Under the pieces are notes generated by a model, which saw only the letters and a program-made list of their open reading frames with translations, was not told where the DNA came from and searched no databases. From Paraspadella gotoi (taxonomy: Eukaryota > Animalia > Chaetognatha): a DNA stretch of 64,000 nucleotides. Position numbers and translations under genes: made by a program. The stretch covers positions 1,230,262-1,294,261 of the forward strand of contig JBJCIZ010000744.1 of NCBI GenBank assembly GCA_051294375.1. The letters are read 5' to 3'. Shown here in pieces: positions 44,785 to 57,520 of this stretch; the stretch's first letter is position 1, and each line of letters begins with the position of its first letter.

Positions 44785-47700
44785 TCACTTCATGGGCGAC
44801 CAAGGCGCCGGCAGTAAGATCTTTGTCCAGTAGTGGGAACAGTGGGGAAGCAGTTCCTCCTTCGTCAATACGTAATCCGGGTCGAGAGCCGCGTCGATGG
44901 AACTTTGGACTCTGTGGAAACAAAAGATCCTGTTGCTGTAAATGATGCTGGAGAGGATGCTGCAGGGCATGCTAAAGCATAATGTGTTGGCTTTAATTTA
45001 TTGATACGGTGAACTGGTGCAAAATTGTTTATCAAATAATGGTCATTGTAATTCACCTTCCCAAGGATATTAAAATCTTACCCCATGAGGGAAACCTATA
45101 ATCAAAATCTCTATACACCCCTCTATTCCACACCTATGGTCCAAATCGGGATAATGCCACAAGTGATAGACTGTGTTCATGACTCCTCCCGCTTGAGCCT
45201 TCCATGCGGCGAGGAGGTCTCCCTGATGAGACTCTTCCTTTCCCATCAACATCTCCTGCATCTTAGTCGCCCACTTGGATTCGGAGCCGGTGAGGGTATG
45301 GGCGCAAAGCTCGTAAACGCCTAAATGGGGAGAAAAATACGTTAACATCATTTGCATATTTCGGTAAATTTTTTATATGAAGTTTAGAAGGTTAAATCAA
45401 GTTTATCTTTAAAATTACCACGCAATTGTAGAACCTAATAACTCACTGCTCCTTGCGACGTACTGATTAAACTTACATAGAACGTAACATTGTTAATTGC
45501 GTTTCCTTGATACACATTTTTCTTTATATTGATGCCTATGGGACAGACCTTGGTGAACATTCTCAAAAGTGAGAGGAAAATCTGTATTAATTATTGCCGG
45601 GTCTGATTATCAGGAATCATTTCTCATGTCACATAAGTCTCTGTCCCGATTATCGATTTTTTTTTCTAAAAATAATTTGTAGCACAGGCAATTTAATGTC
45701 ATTGTTTCAAATCAAAAAATAACTTTCCCAGCTTGAAAATTTCTTCAATCCTTTTTTTCAAATCCCCCCCTCCCCCCACCTTCACCTCCTTCCCCCCGCG
45801 GGTCCTCGATCCTGCTCCAGGGCAGCAGAGCGAGGGCGACGTTGTCCTGCTTGACGACGCCTTTGAAGACTTTGGAGATGAACTTCTCTTGCCAGTCGTC
45901 GTCGTCGGCGAGGGCCGCGCGGACGGAGCAGCGGTGGGCGAAGGAGTCGTACTCCCAAATGTGGACCGCCTAAGATTTGAAGACGATTTATTTTGACATC
46001 TTTAACCGCAAGGCGGCGCCCACACGGGCTAGACGAATTGACTTGCCCTCCTGCACATCAATGGCCGCTGATGAACGGTTGATGGATTTTTAGTTCACCA
46101 ATAATGGAAACGTTTTTTTAGGTTTTAAATTCGAAATTTTTTTTTTATTTGATCGATTGAACAAATTGATTTGTTTAATTGTTTAATTAAGCAGAACATG
46201 TGAGAATAATTATTAATTGATAAATTTGAATCGCGTTTGAATGGCGATGACTAATTTAGCTTCAGTTTAAAAGAGTAGAATTCTTTATAAAAGATAAATC
46301 AAGAGAAGAGAAGAGAAGAGAAGAGAAGAGAAGAGAGAAACGAAGATAAGATTCAGGCTTTGAGGCAGCTTCGACATAAGACAAGACATTAGACAATAGA
46401 AAAGTCAACTTCTTTACATTAAAAGGAGCCAATGTCCCCATGTCCCGATCCAATATCCATGTCCCTCTTTACCCAAGCAAATCCACACCCCCCCCCGCTC
46501 CTCTCCATTCATAACCTGATTGATTCCTCCGAATTCGGTGAACCAATAACCAAGCAGCTTGGAATGATTGGTTCTCAAGTGAATGAAGTCGCCGCTGAGT
46601 TTTTTAAAGTCGACGATGAATTCCGGTTTCACGTCGTAGATTCGAAGTTCGTGAACTTTGGGTCGAGCGGAGGAGAAGGAGGGGGAAGGGGGAGAGGATG
46701 AGGAGGCGTCGACGTTAGCAGGCTCCGCCTTTTGTTCGAGAAAATGAAATCATTCGTCAGCATGAATAATATAAGCTTATTTATTAAATGAATGGATAAT
46801 TTTTATATTGGTTGTACCAATTTCATAAAATTCAGCTCCTTGTATTTTGATGCTAGTGCGGAGTACAATAAGACAAGTATTCCCCGATCTAATACTTAAG
46901 GGAGTGGTCTTTTCATACAATTGAAACATTCTTTGAATATTATACCACTTCATTGATAGGGAAGCCAGGTACTCTGGGAGTGAATAAACGAGACTGTGAG
47001 AGAGTCTTGATTGAAAGCTTGTAGGGACCTGCTATGTCATTATCTTGTAAGAGTGATGGAGGCCTTAAACCACCAAAGCCTGTCCAAAGTCAGGGGCAAG
47101 ATAGCTTATTTATTAAATGAATGGATAATTTTTATATTGGTTGTACCAATTTCATAAGTAACAATATATGACAAAGAAATTGTGCAAGTTGCGAGATTAC
47201 TCGTTTTACCGAATTTTCATGTTTTTTTTTTTTAAATGATGTAAAAATTATGTTATAATTTTATTTATGCAGTTATTAAGAGAAATTTACGAGATTGGGA
47301 TAACTAATATAAAAATTATCCATTCATTCGAGATATAAGCTATCTTGGCCCTGATAATGGTTATGGTGGTTTAAGTCCTCCATCACACTTACAAGATAAT
47401 AACATTGTAGCAAGACCCTGCAAGCTTTAAATGAATACTGTCTTCAATTGCGTAATATGTATATATGTATATAAATTATATATATTATATATATATTAAC
47501 ATACCATTAATTATCTAACTTATTATTTAACTAATTAATTTAACTTATTTAAATTATTTATAATTTACAAATTATTACAAAACCTTAATAAATTTCTCTA
47601 AATTAAATAATGCTGTGATGCCAGGGTTTTGGTCTGTTTAAGATAAACATTCAAATATACTTTAAAATATAAGATAAGCAACAACGGAGGATCACCATTT

Positions 47701-48518
47701 GGTGATGGCTCGCCTATACCTGGATATTGGGATTAAAGAGCCGAAATCCATGAAGGGTATAGGTTCCCAACTGATGACTCCCATTGTAAAACATAAATGA
47801 TAAAAATAGAAAAAAATAATTAAAAAATAGGATAAAGAAAAATTAAAATTTTCATTAAAGTATTTTAAAATTATATTCATGACATAAAGGTGCCCCTATA
47901 GAACCTTTCCCCAGTATGTATCCCTATCAGAACATACAATTCTACATGGTAGTCTTATCCCTATTGGTAAAAAAAAAATCATGTATAACGTTGGTCCCCC
48001 TCAAAAAATTATCCATTCCCACCCCTTTCTGTTCAGCTCTTAGATATTATGATTTTTCATTAATGACTTTCTAACAGAAATGATGTGTGATATCTATTAG
48101 AAACTAGGACAGATAGTAATCTAACCTTGTGTTGTATAGATGCTCCCTCTATTTCCAGAAGACAACACTGACTTCCCCTTCCCAAAATGAATTATTATAT
48201 AAATAAAACATTTTTTAAAAAAGAAAGCAATATATGTTTGATTAAATAATATAGATTAAATACTAATCCTTCATAAAAATATTAAAATATTAATTAGAAA
48301 AATAGTTTTAAAATAGTGAAACAAGTAATTTGCAAATTTTCTTATATATATTATATATATATGACATTAATAACGGTCTCCACCTTCGATGCAGCGGACG
48401 ACGCGGACGCCCAGCGCCGCCCCGCGGCTAAACTCGAAACCCCGACGCGTGCGACGCCGTCTTCGACGAGGACGGCGGCGCCGGGAAGCGACGTCAACGC
48501 CGTTCGCAACCAACGCAT
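44785..48518 (-). CDS. NIPSNAP: NIPSNAP family protein
   Basis: Mitochondrial-presequence-like N-terminus from 48518. Motifs LGYWFTEFGGINQ, VHIWEYDSFAHR, GVYEL, VYHLWHYPDLDHR and terminal ILLPAPWSPMK*. Confidence 0.88.
46774..47156 (+). mobile_element. Family B, fullest copy: ~329-bp unit with terminal direct repeat and intact twister-like core (47041-47103)
   Basis: The 54-bp block AGCTTATTTATT...CCAATTTCATA occurs at 46774 and 47103. At least 10 related copies or fragments lie in the window. Confidence 0.85.
47300..47440 (-). repeat. Family B degenerate copy
   Basis: Reverse-complement homology to 47010-47135. Confidence 0.7.
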
Positions 48519-49027
48519 CTTGACTTTTGTTTATGTTTACTTTAGCGGGAAGCTCGAGTGAAACAAATCTGAGTAAAGTAAAGATTCCGAGTCAATATTT
48601 AGGGTAAACAAAATACAAAAATATGTATGTATGGCGATTAGACGATCGACGGGTCGTGGAAAAAATTAAACGATACGAAACACACATCGGCCGTCTGGAC
48701 GGATCGAGAAATTTGGGATTTAAAAAGAGAGGAAAGAAAATAGTAATAACAAGGGTAAATAATAATTAATTTCGAACTATCTAACCTTGTTCAAGGGGTA
48801 TTTAAACGATGGAAGGAGAGAGAGCAAATAAGCTTTTCAATAATAATGCTCAACAATGGCTATTTATTTATTTAACTTAAAATATTAGCCAAATTCCTGA
48901 TAAAGAACAACTGATTCTTCTTCGTCATCGGCGGGGCATTTCTTTTTATGTCTTCCAAAAAGTTTCTTGATTTGACTACTCGACCGCGACGACGACGACG
49001 ACGACGAATCTATTTTTAGATCTTGAA

Positions 49028-50193
49028 TCACGTCGTCGTCATCGTGGTCGACGGGTTTTCCGACGAAGAATTGGATTGAAGGGAAAGATGCCGCTTCCTT
49101 TCTTCATCGACGACGCCGAGTTTAGTCGACGACGACGCCGCGGCGGCGGCGCCCAAATGATGCAGGACCGACTTGAGGGTGAGGGCGAGAAAAGCTCGAT
49201 CGGGTCCGCACTGGGCGAGCATCTTGGAGAGAAGGAGGGGAAAGGCGAAGGCTTCAAAGTGGCGACGGTTCGAGTGAAACTGGTGAGGGGGGGGGGGAGA
49301 AGGAGAGTAGAAGAGAAAGAGAGATTACGATTTTTTTATTTTATCTATAAATATGCTAATAAAACCAAAACCAATCTAATTCCTATTGAAAAAAAAAATC
49401 GTATAAGCATAAGGATCGTCTCAATCGCATACTAGGAAAATATTAGATAAATAACTCGTGATAAAATAAAATAATATATATTGGAGTCAACTGGCTCCTC
49501 TCCTTTGTATCAATTAAATAACATACCAGATAGCAAAATTAAATAAATAAATAAATAAAAAATAATTTTCATATCGCTCCCGGTTTCGCTTCCCTCAAAA
49601 ATCGGCCGCTTCCGCACTGTGGATTCCACAGTGTTCGCTTACGCTTTCCGGATTGCGTCCACATCTCTGATGGGGACCATCGTCCCATAATCGCCGCAAG
49701 AGTAAGCGATTGCGACGATAAAAACGAGAAAAGTAAAAAAATAATAATTGGGAGAAAGTTAAACAATGAATTCCGTTTCTCCCTTCCGTCACCTTTGTCT
49801 TCAATTTTTTTTTTAAATTTAAATAAAAAAAACTTGTTTTGATCATGAGTCATCTCTTATTCTATAAGAGGATAGGATATTCTAAAAGGTGGATGACGTA
49901 GCGTCGACGTAACGATCAAATCTAAAGAACAATTCGTAATAGCTTTGTAGGAATTAATGCCTCGAAACTCAATATTCTTTTTAACCAAGTACGACGTCAT
50001 CAGCAAATGGCAGCAGTAGCGGAAGCAGGTGACGGCAGGAGCCGCGTCAGCGGCAGCCATCGTCTTACCTTGGATAATTTGGCGAGAAGGCCGGCGATTT
50101 TCTCCAAAACGGAAGCGGAGAGATTCGCCGTCCGCAAAAGGGCGGAAATCTGCCGGAAGAATCCCTCGCCGGAACAGGACTGGAGAAAGGCTG

Positions 50194-50269
<76 letters not shown>

Positions 50270-53200
50270 GATGGGTCAACAATTCAAACGACTTTGCCAT
50301 TGGGATATCTCTGTATGAAAATGGTTTACCTAATTATACATGACATCGGTTAATATAGGTTCAGTGGATATTAAAGCTTAATCAGATTACGACAATATGC
50401 AAATGAGATTGAGGAACTCAATCTCTCTTTCTCTCTCTCTCTCTTTCTCTCTCTCTCACCACCCCCACCCGGTTGGCTCAGCGAGTCCCTCCCCATGACA
50501 TCCAGCACATCGACGGCGGCGGCGAGCAGCCCCGTCTTGTGGGCGGGGCGGAGGAAATGAAGGAGGACGCGTGTGGCGCGATAAAGGACGAAGTATTCCT
50601 TGGCCGTCTCGCTCTTCAAGTCTGAGCGGAGAGTCTCGAGCACCTTGGGTTGGAAGATGGGAAGATGGACAGATTGGTGAAATCGACGGACGTACGGATT
50701 GGATAAAAATGACATGGGACTAACTCGAATTAACCAAATGACTACAATTGTTTAACCGTTTAATGTAAAAAAAAAAAAAATTAATGATTGTCGGCATCCT
50801 TCCAATTTTAACCTTGGCCAAAACGTCGGCGCGACTCAATGTTCTGAGAATCAAGAGACAAGACAAGAATCGCGCGTGAAGATTCGGACTTCGGAAGAAA
50901 AGATCGAGAGACGACGACGATCTGTGAAAAAGGGTTTTTTTCAAAAAAGGGGGCAGAGGGGGTTTTAAGGGGATGAAGAATTTGTGTAAAGATTGAAAGT
51001 TGAGACCGCTATTTCATAAAGAATAATTTATTAAGTCTACCGTGGCGGTATATTCACACCGCCTCACATCCACCGTCGTTCAGCCAATCCCATTGGCTCA
51101 GAGGGGGAAATCATCCTAACGACTTCCCTCTTGGCAAAGTGAGACCGTCCTGAGGATCGAAAGCCCCAAAAGCCAACAGTGAGATGCCCCATCCCAATGG
51201 GCATCACAGGCGACCCGGCTGTTGCCATCCTACTAGGTTTTATTATTTTTTATCTTGGTTTTGTAAACGCCGAATAGTTTCTAAGCTGTTTTAAAGACAG
51301 CATCCCTATTCATACCAAACTACAACAAACAGGACAAGATTAAATTTCACAAAACGCTGAGGAAGGAGTCAATAAAGAAAAGAGGAGAAAGAATAATATA
51401 ACGAGCGTCGTTCTGATCGATACAGTCTTTAAATATCTCAATTTAATCAAACCAATTTAAATGTTAAAAACTAACAAAGACGGAATTCTTACCTCCCTTC
51501 CGACTTTTCGGTTTTATAAGGAAGAAGTAAATTAGATTCGGAGACGGATTCTCTCACAGCGAAGGCAGAGGCGAGGTTCTGTTATATAATAAATGTAATA
51601 ATAAATATATAAAATCCTACTTACTAACATAATTTCGTAATTAAATACCACCAATATAAATATTATTCTTTATTCAACCAACAAGTTATCTTGCCTCCTG
51701 ACTTTGGACGGGCTTTAGTGATTTAAGGCCACCATCTTTCGTACAAGTTAACTCTCACAAGTTCACTCTCACACCTCAGAGTACCCGGCTTTCTATAGAC
51801 CCGGTCTCTATAATTTATCTCCCCCCCCATCCCGCACAACCCTCACCCGCCCCCCACCTCCCCTATGTCAACTCACCCCACTTCTCTCTCCTTCCTTCTC
51901 CCCCCAAACGATCTCTCCCAAGTGTCTCAACGACGCGGTGGGCGTGGCCGTCGTCGACGCCTCGTCGTTCCTTCGCTTCTCCTCGAGCGCCGCCAACGCC
52001 CAATGAAGAAACTTTAGCGCCGGAAGTTGAGTCCGCGCCACGCCGCTACCGCCGCAGATCAGCGGCAGCACGGCGACGAGCGGCGGCAGCGTCCGGTGGC
52101 AGCGGTCGCGCAGCGGCAGCCGGCGATCGACGCCGACGAGAGAGTTGGCGGAGGCGGCGAGGACGTCGGGCGGAGATCGATCGAGATGGACGAGGAGCCA
52201 CTCGAGGAGAGAAAGGACGAGATCGAGGAAAGGACGAAGAGAAGGTTGAGAAGACGATTGAGGAACGGGTCGAGCTGACCCTTCTGGAGGACATCGTCGA
52301 GTCTCGGCTCCTTCAGCGTCCGATCGAGATCTCTCTCTAACCATCGGCGGCGAAGTGGCTCGTCCGCTTTCGCCTTTTCGCAATTCCGGCGACCGATCCC
52401 CGCCTCTTCGCCCGGCGAGCCGTTCCAAGTTGGTCACCCTCGCCTTCAACCTCGAGTTCTTCGACGTCAACGCCTCCGCCTCGGACGTTAATCGACGATG
52501 TTCCTGTTACAGAAGGTTGTGTCCGTCAATCTCGATTGCATCATCGCAGGAGTATCAAGCCACCAAAAGCAAATCGGATCGGAGACTTGGGCGATCTCCG
52601 CGGAAATTAGTTTAGATTTAGTTTAGATTTAGATTCAAAGATGCTCATGTAATTTGGCGAAGTAATCATCACGGACTATTAAGGGCTTATAAATCATTAA
52701 AACTGGCCGACTTTTTCATAATTAATAATATGACTTAGGAAGCGTTTTATTTAAGGCTTATTTATGTTGGGACGCGTCCCTAATCGATGACTGATGTTTG
52801 AAAGCATAGTCATTACTAATGACATGAGGCCTCCTCTGAAGCCCGAATTATTATTCCTCTATTTAAATTAATATTTCAGCATTAAATTAAATACTAAAAG
52901 AAAGAAAAAAGTACCTCCTTGAGCTCCGCGTGGGAAACCCGCAGTCCCTCGTAACTAGTCTTCAGCCTCTCGTGATTCTTGACGGCGTCCTCCAACCGGC
53001 GCTTCCAGTCTCTCGTCGACGACTGCGCCGTCGCGACATCTCCGGCGTCGGACAATCTTCTCTCCACCTCCTCGTCCACCGCGCGATCGAAATACGCCTC
53101 CGCCTCCACGAGCGCCGCCTCCCGCTCGTCCAAGGCGGATTCTCGGAGGCGAAGTCGGTCGCGTTCGAGGCGGAGTTTGTCGGAGATGGCGGTCAATTCG

Positions 53201-53854
53201 CGCCAGGCGGAGCGGAGGGCTTCGGGGGAGTCGAGAGTGGAGTCGAGGGTGTCGTCGTCGTCGACGGCGTCTTCATCGGCGAGGTCGACTTCTTCTTCTT
53301 CTTGGTCTCTAGCGTTAGAGAAGGTGTAACTGTCTTTGGAGGAAGGGCGGAGGTTTCGTCCGAGAACGAGCATGTCGTCTCTGAGGGAGAGAGAGAGGGG
53401 AAGAAGAACCAAAGTGGGCAAGAAAAAGAAAAATAAAAAAGGAAGAAAACAGAGAAGAAAGAAATTAAGGAAAAAGAAGGAAAAAGAAGGAAGAAAAAGA
53501 GAGAAAGTTAGGGAAAATAAAAAATAGAAAAGATACATCATCATCCAGTCGTATTTGATATTCCTCAATACATCCCAGCCATCAGTATTACGACAATGAC
53601 GTAACCATTGGTTACTAACCAATCATCGATCCGTATTCCCCACTTTACCTGACGACGATCTCCCGCTCCCAACTGCTCTGGCTGACGTCTCCACCGTAAT
53701 CTCTTCTTCTTCTTTCGAGGCTTCGATCCTCGAGTCGCTCGTCGATCGAAGCCTCCGTCTCTTTCGTCGACGACCCCGTCGGAGAATCGAAGGGGCGACG
53801 GCGGCGTGCCCGACGGGGCGGGCTGCGGTCGTTGGTGAAACCGAGGTTCATCAT
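49028..53854 (-). CDS. CCDC138: Coiled-coil domain-containing protein 138 homolog
   Basis: Coiled-coil exons (ELTAISDKLRLERDRL..; KNSRLKARVTNLER), LLEWL, FLHWAL, RFLSCLLILRTLSRADVLA and terminal SNRRHFEAF..DRAFLALTLKSVLHHLG. Confidence 0.8.
51041..51229 (+). mobile_element. Family A element, internally deleted, with 4-bp TSD
   Basis: CTAC at 51037-51040 and 51230-51233. Confidence 0.82.
51650..51800 (-). repeat. Family B diverged copy
   Basis: The minus strand reads GATGGTGGCCTTAAATCACTAAAGCCCGTCCAAAGTCAGG..CAAGATAA. Confidence 0.7.
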
Positions 53855-54109
53855 CGGGCCACTTTGTTCTGCTTTTTGTTTCTTTTTGTTATAACTTGTA
53901 AAAAGGGAAAATGCCATAAAAAATAACGATGAACAAAGCAATACGTATTCGGACTTTGATGAATTTAAAATAATAAAAAGTCAACGGATTTATAAAATGT
54001 AACATAAAATTGTAAAAGTGTAAAAAATTTAAAAGAGAAGTAAAATGACGGACCCGATCTAAACAAATCCCTCCCCGTTAACCCAAAATCGCGTCGCTCT
54101 ATAATCACA

Positions 54110-54205
54110 GATACAGAAGGCTTCATATTATAAAATGTGGTACCCCTTTTTTGTGACCAGAACACGTTCCGAGGAAACTAATGGACCAAATTTATTGAAA
54201 TTTAG
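54110..54205 (+). repeat. Family C dispersed repeat (ACAGAAGGCTTCATATTATAAAATG...)
   Basis: Related copies at ~390-640 (reverse, interrupted), 41357-41480, 41875-41922 (reverse) and 56497-56605. Confidence 0.75.
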
Positions 54206-55113
54206 TATGAACGATCCCAATTACCGCTTGGTGGGAGTAACATCAAGCTCTGCGCATTGACGCCGTTGAGTAGTGGCGATTGAAATTGACCCCGGTAAAT
54301 TGGTGAACTCTATCTTCCTCCCTGGCAGATAAAAGAAGAAAAGAAAAGGAAAGAAAGACTATCACAGAGGCAAAGTGAAAATATTGAAAAAGTAGAAAAA
54401 TAATCACATAGCAATATAGCGATAAATTCGTAAAGTAAACTGATGAGCGGGGTTTTCCGTCTCTTGCTCACCCTTCCGAGAGTATCTATAACGCATGTAG
54501 GATAGAGTCTTTAAGGATCAAAAACTAGAGGTAAGCAAAAGCAAGCATCGGTGATGAATCAATAAATAAAGACCTCTCAGGTAAGCCCGGCTTTGCCACT
54601 ATTCAAATAACATAAAACTGTAATAATAAACTCTAAACCCCAAACCATAAACCATAAACTGGCTAATTAATATTAATGCGATGTGTAACGAATGAAATCA
54701 TTATTGAACAAAGCATTGAAATAACAATGAACTGTATTGTTTGTAAACAAATATCGATTGTCCATATTCCCAAAGACCCCCAAAAAAGGTAAATAAGAAG
54801 GACGAATTACGACGAGAGTTTATGTCCAACAAAACCATATATTATATTATATTATATATATAAGCGATGGATACATCAAAAAAATACCTAAAATGGTCTG
54901 GAATACGACTTTGTGATAAAATCTCCAGTTTTACACGAAATTGTTTCGCATCTTTTTACCCAAAAAAACCAGCGGACATTTAAAAGCGAAAAAGACAAAA
55001 GATGGAATTTTCAGAAGAATGTTCGATAGTTAAAAATCAAATCCAAGATCATTTTGACCGACCGACTGACCGACCATTTGACCGACTGACCGACCATTTG
55101 ACCGACCATTTAA

Positions 55114-57062
55114 TCAACCCGCGGCGAATATCTCAATCGCCTTCGAGTTCAACCGGAAAAAGTCTCGTTCATCGGTTTGCGTCAAATTCTTTCCTCCGAA
55201 TTTCTTGTAGAGGGAGATGGCGTTTCGGTTCCACTCGAGACAAGTCCATTCCAGTCTGAAGAATATACTAACTTATTGAAATGATTAGCTAAAAAATTTT
55301 ATAATGCTTCATTAATAATTTAAGGAGCTAAGGATCACTTTGAGAGTAGTGAAAGAGTGAAAGAATCTAGGGAAAGCTGGCAGAGTCTAGCAATGTCATT
55401 ATCTTGAAAAGAGATGGAGTCCTTCACTCATTATATCCTGTCCTTGTCCAAAGTCAAGAGACAAGTTATCATTTATTGAATGATTGGATAATTGTTTCAT
55501 TGGTTGTTTCAATTAAATTACTATTAAATACTACAATGATGTGATCTAAATATTTTTTACTGACCGAACGCAATCCATATCCACGGCCCTATTGACCACT
55601 TCGATGAATAGCGTTTGACCCCAACCTTTCCTTCTCTCGCTCTCTTTCACGTAAAGGTCCTCCAAAAACATGGTCAGCCCTTCCCAAGCGGAATATGAGG
55701 GAAAGAAGAGGGCGTAAGCAATTATTTCCTATATAGAAATGGCAAGCGTTATATCTTAAAATTAAAAAAAAAAAAGACTAGAAGAAAAAGATTGTTTTTC
55801 CATCAAATTCAACAACCTTTTCAACCTCCACGACCAAGGAAAAATACTTGGGTTTCGAAGAGAACCCGTCCAACTTCAATTTCTCCGTCGTCATAGCAAC
55901 CTGCTCCGCCATGTTTTCAAAAACCGCCAATTCCATGATCAAACTAAAAATAGCCTCGCAATCTCCGACGATGGCCGGACGAATCGAATCGCGTTTCGTC
56001 TACGAGATGGAACTTTTTTTTATATTCAAACTGAGCCATGCAAAATTTAACAAAATCTAACATTTCAAACGCTATCGATTAATGATTATTACATCGTTAA
56101 GGCCTTTGATAGAATCCATGGAATCTCGGTCCAACTGATAATAATTCCACTTTTCCTTCGCCGTCAAATTAATGGCGCCGCGTTTTTCGTAAAAACGAAT
56201 CGCGATATCGTTCCATCTCATGCATATCCATTGGACTCTTTAAAAAAATGACAATATAATTATTATATTATATTAAAGATTACAATAAATTTACCAATAC
56301 ACAAACCAAAAAGTACGAAACCTGCGACAACCCTCCTTCAACGCCAGCCGCGTCAACTCTTTCCATAAAAGATTTCCGACTCCCTTCCCCCTCGCCGAAG
56401 GTTTGACGTAAAGATCTTCCACGAAAAAAGTCGGCCCGTCCCAAGTGGAATAACCGTCATAGAAAAGCACATAACCGATCAGTTTCTGCAACACGTACAG
56501 AAGGCTTCATATTATGAAATGATATTGCCACAATATCAGGGTTTTTTTTCCCTCGCCAAACACGGTTCCCACCAAACTACCCGAGGGAATTTTATGAAAT
56601 TTAATATATGGAGTCATAATGACTAAATAAATAGAGCTATCGAGGCGAATGTTGATGTTCAACCCCTATGGGTGACCCCCTAGGGCGCCAATAACGGCTC
56701 AGGGGTCAAATAGTGATATTCGCCTCGATAGAATCGTGCATACCAAATTTCAACCAAATAGGTTGTGAAGTCTATTCGGAACAGATATCATTTTATAATA
56801 ATAAATATATAATTCTAAATAAATTTTAATTTTATAAATTACTTGGAGCACGTGGATCCGAAATTCCTTGAGATTCAAAAAGTACCTCGTCCAATTCCGC
56901 GACGAGGCAATGATAAAGCGCCTCGTTCGAGAATCCATCCCTTCGAAGCTTTTCGCCGGTTAAGGTCACGCGTTCGGCCATGTTTTCGAATTCCGCCAAT
57001 TCCTTGATGAGTTGGACGATGGCGTCGCAATCCTCAACGGTCGCTCGACGGATTTGTAACAT
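55114..57062 (-). CDS. SAT2: Two tandem SAT2-like GNAT (diamine/thialysine N-acetyltransferase) domains, probably one fused ORF
   Basis: Domain 1 exons are 57062-56886, 56485-56322 and 56237-56093. Domain 2 exons are 55999-55817, 55728-55565 and 55255-55114. Both have ELAxFE, EDLYVK, RxKGxG, WN..AI..Y motifs and the same intron positions. Confidence 0.85.
55320..55512 (+). repeat. Family B diverged copy
   Basis: TTATCTTG..GATGG..CTTGTCCAAAGTCAAG..CAAGTTA; P4-equivalent changed to CTTG/CAAG. Confidence 0.65.
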
Positions 57063-57520
57063 TTTCTTTGAACTATGTCGTTTAAATCAATATTGCTATC
57101 AATAATATTAAAATCCAACAACCGTTCATTGCGGTCGTTGGAGCCGAAGTCGCTTGCCTCTCAAACCTAAAAGGTTCGGGGTTCTTGCCCAGTGGCCGCC
57201 TAGCAGTCAAGCGGGACGGGTAGCTTAACACGCCAGTAGCAGGCTGCTTTACAACTATAACTATCATTATGCCTCTAATATTATTGTTACTCGGTCTTGA
57301 AAAAAAAAGAAAATCACAACAATCAAAAGAGGAAACTCACTATTTAAAAAAAAATGAAATCAAAAAGAAAGAAATAAAATTAAAAAGAAACAATTAGAAA
57401 GAAAAACTTACATATAAAACTCGTGGATGTCAAAAAATAATTTTTAAAATTTCAAATTAACATCACATAGAAAATGTTTCTTTCTCGCTATTTTGTTATC
57501 CCTTTCTTCCTGCTATAAGA

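Noticed and set aside
54438-54480. CTGATGAG as another hammerhead (also ~12845, 21831 and 46069)
   Set aside because: No GAAA and stem III/UH follow stem II.
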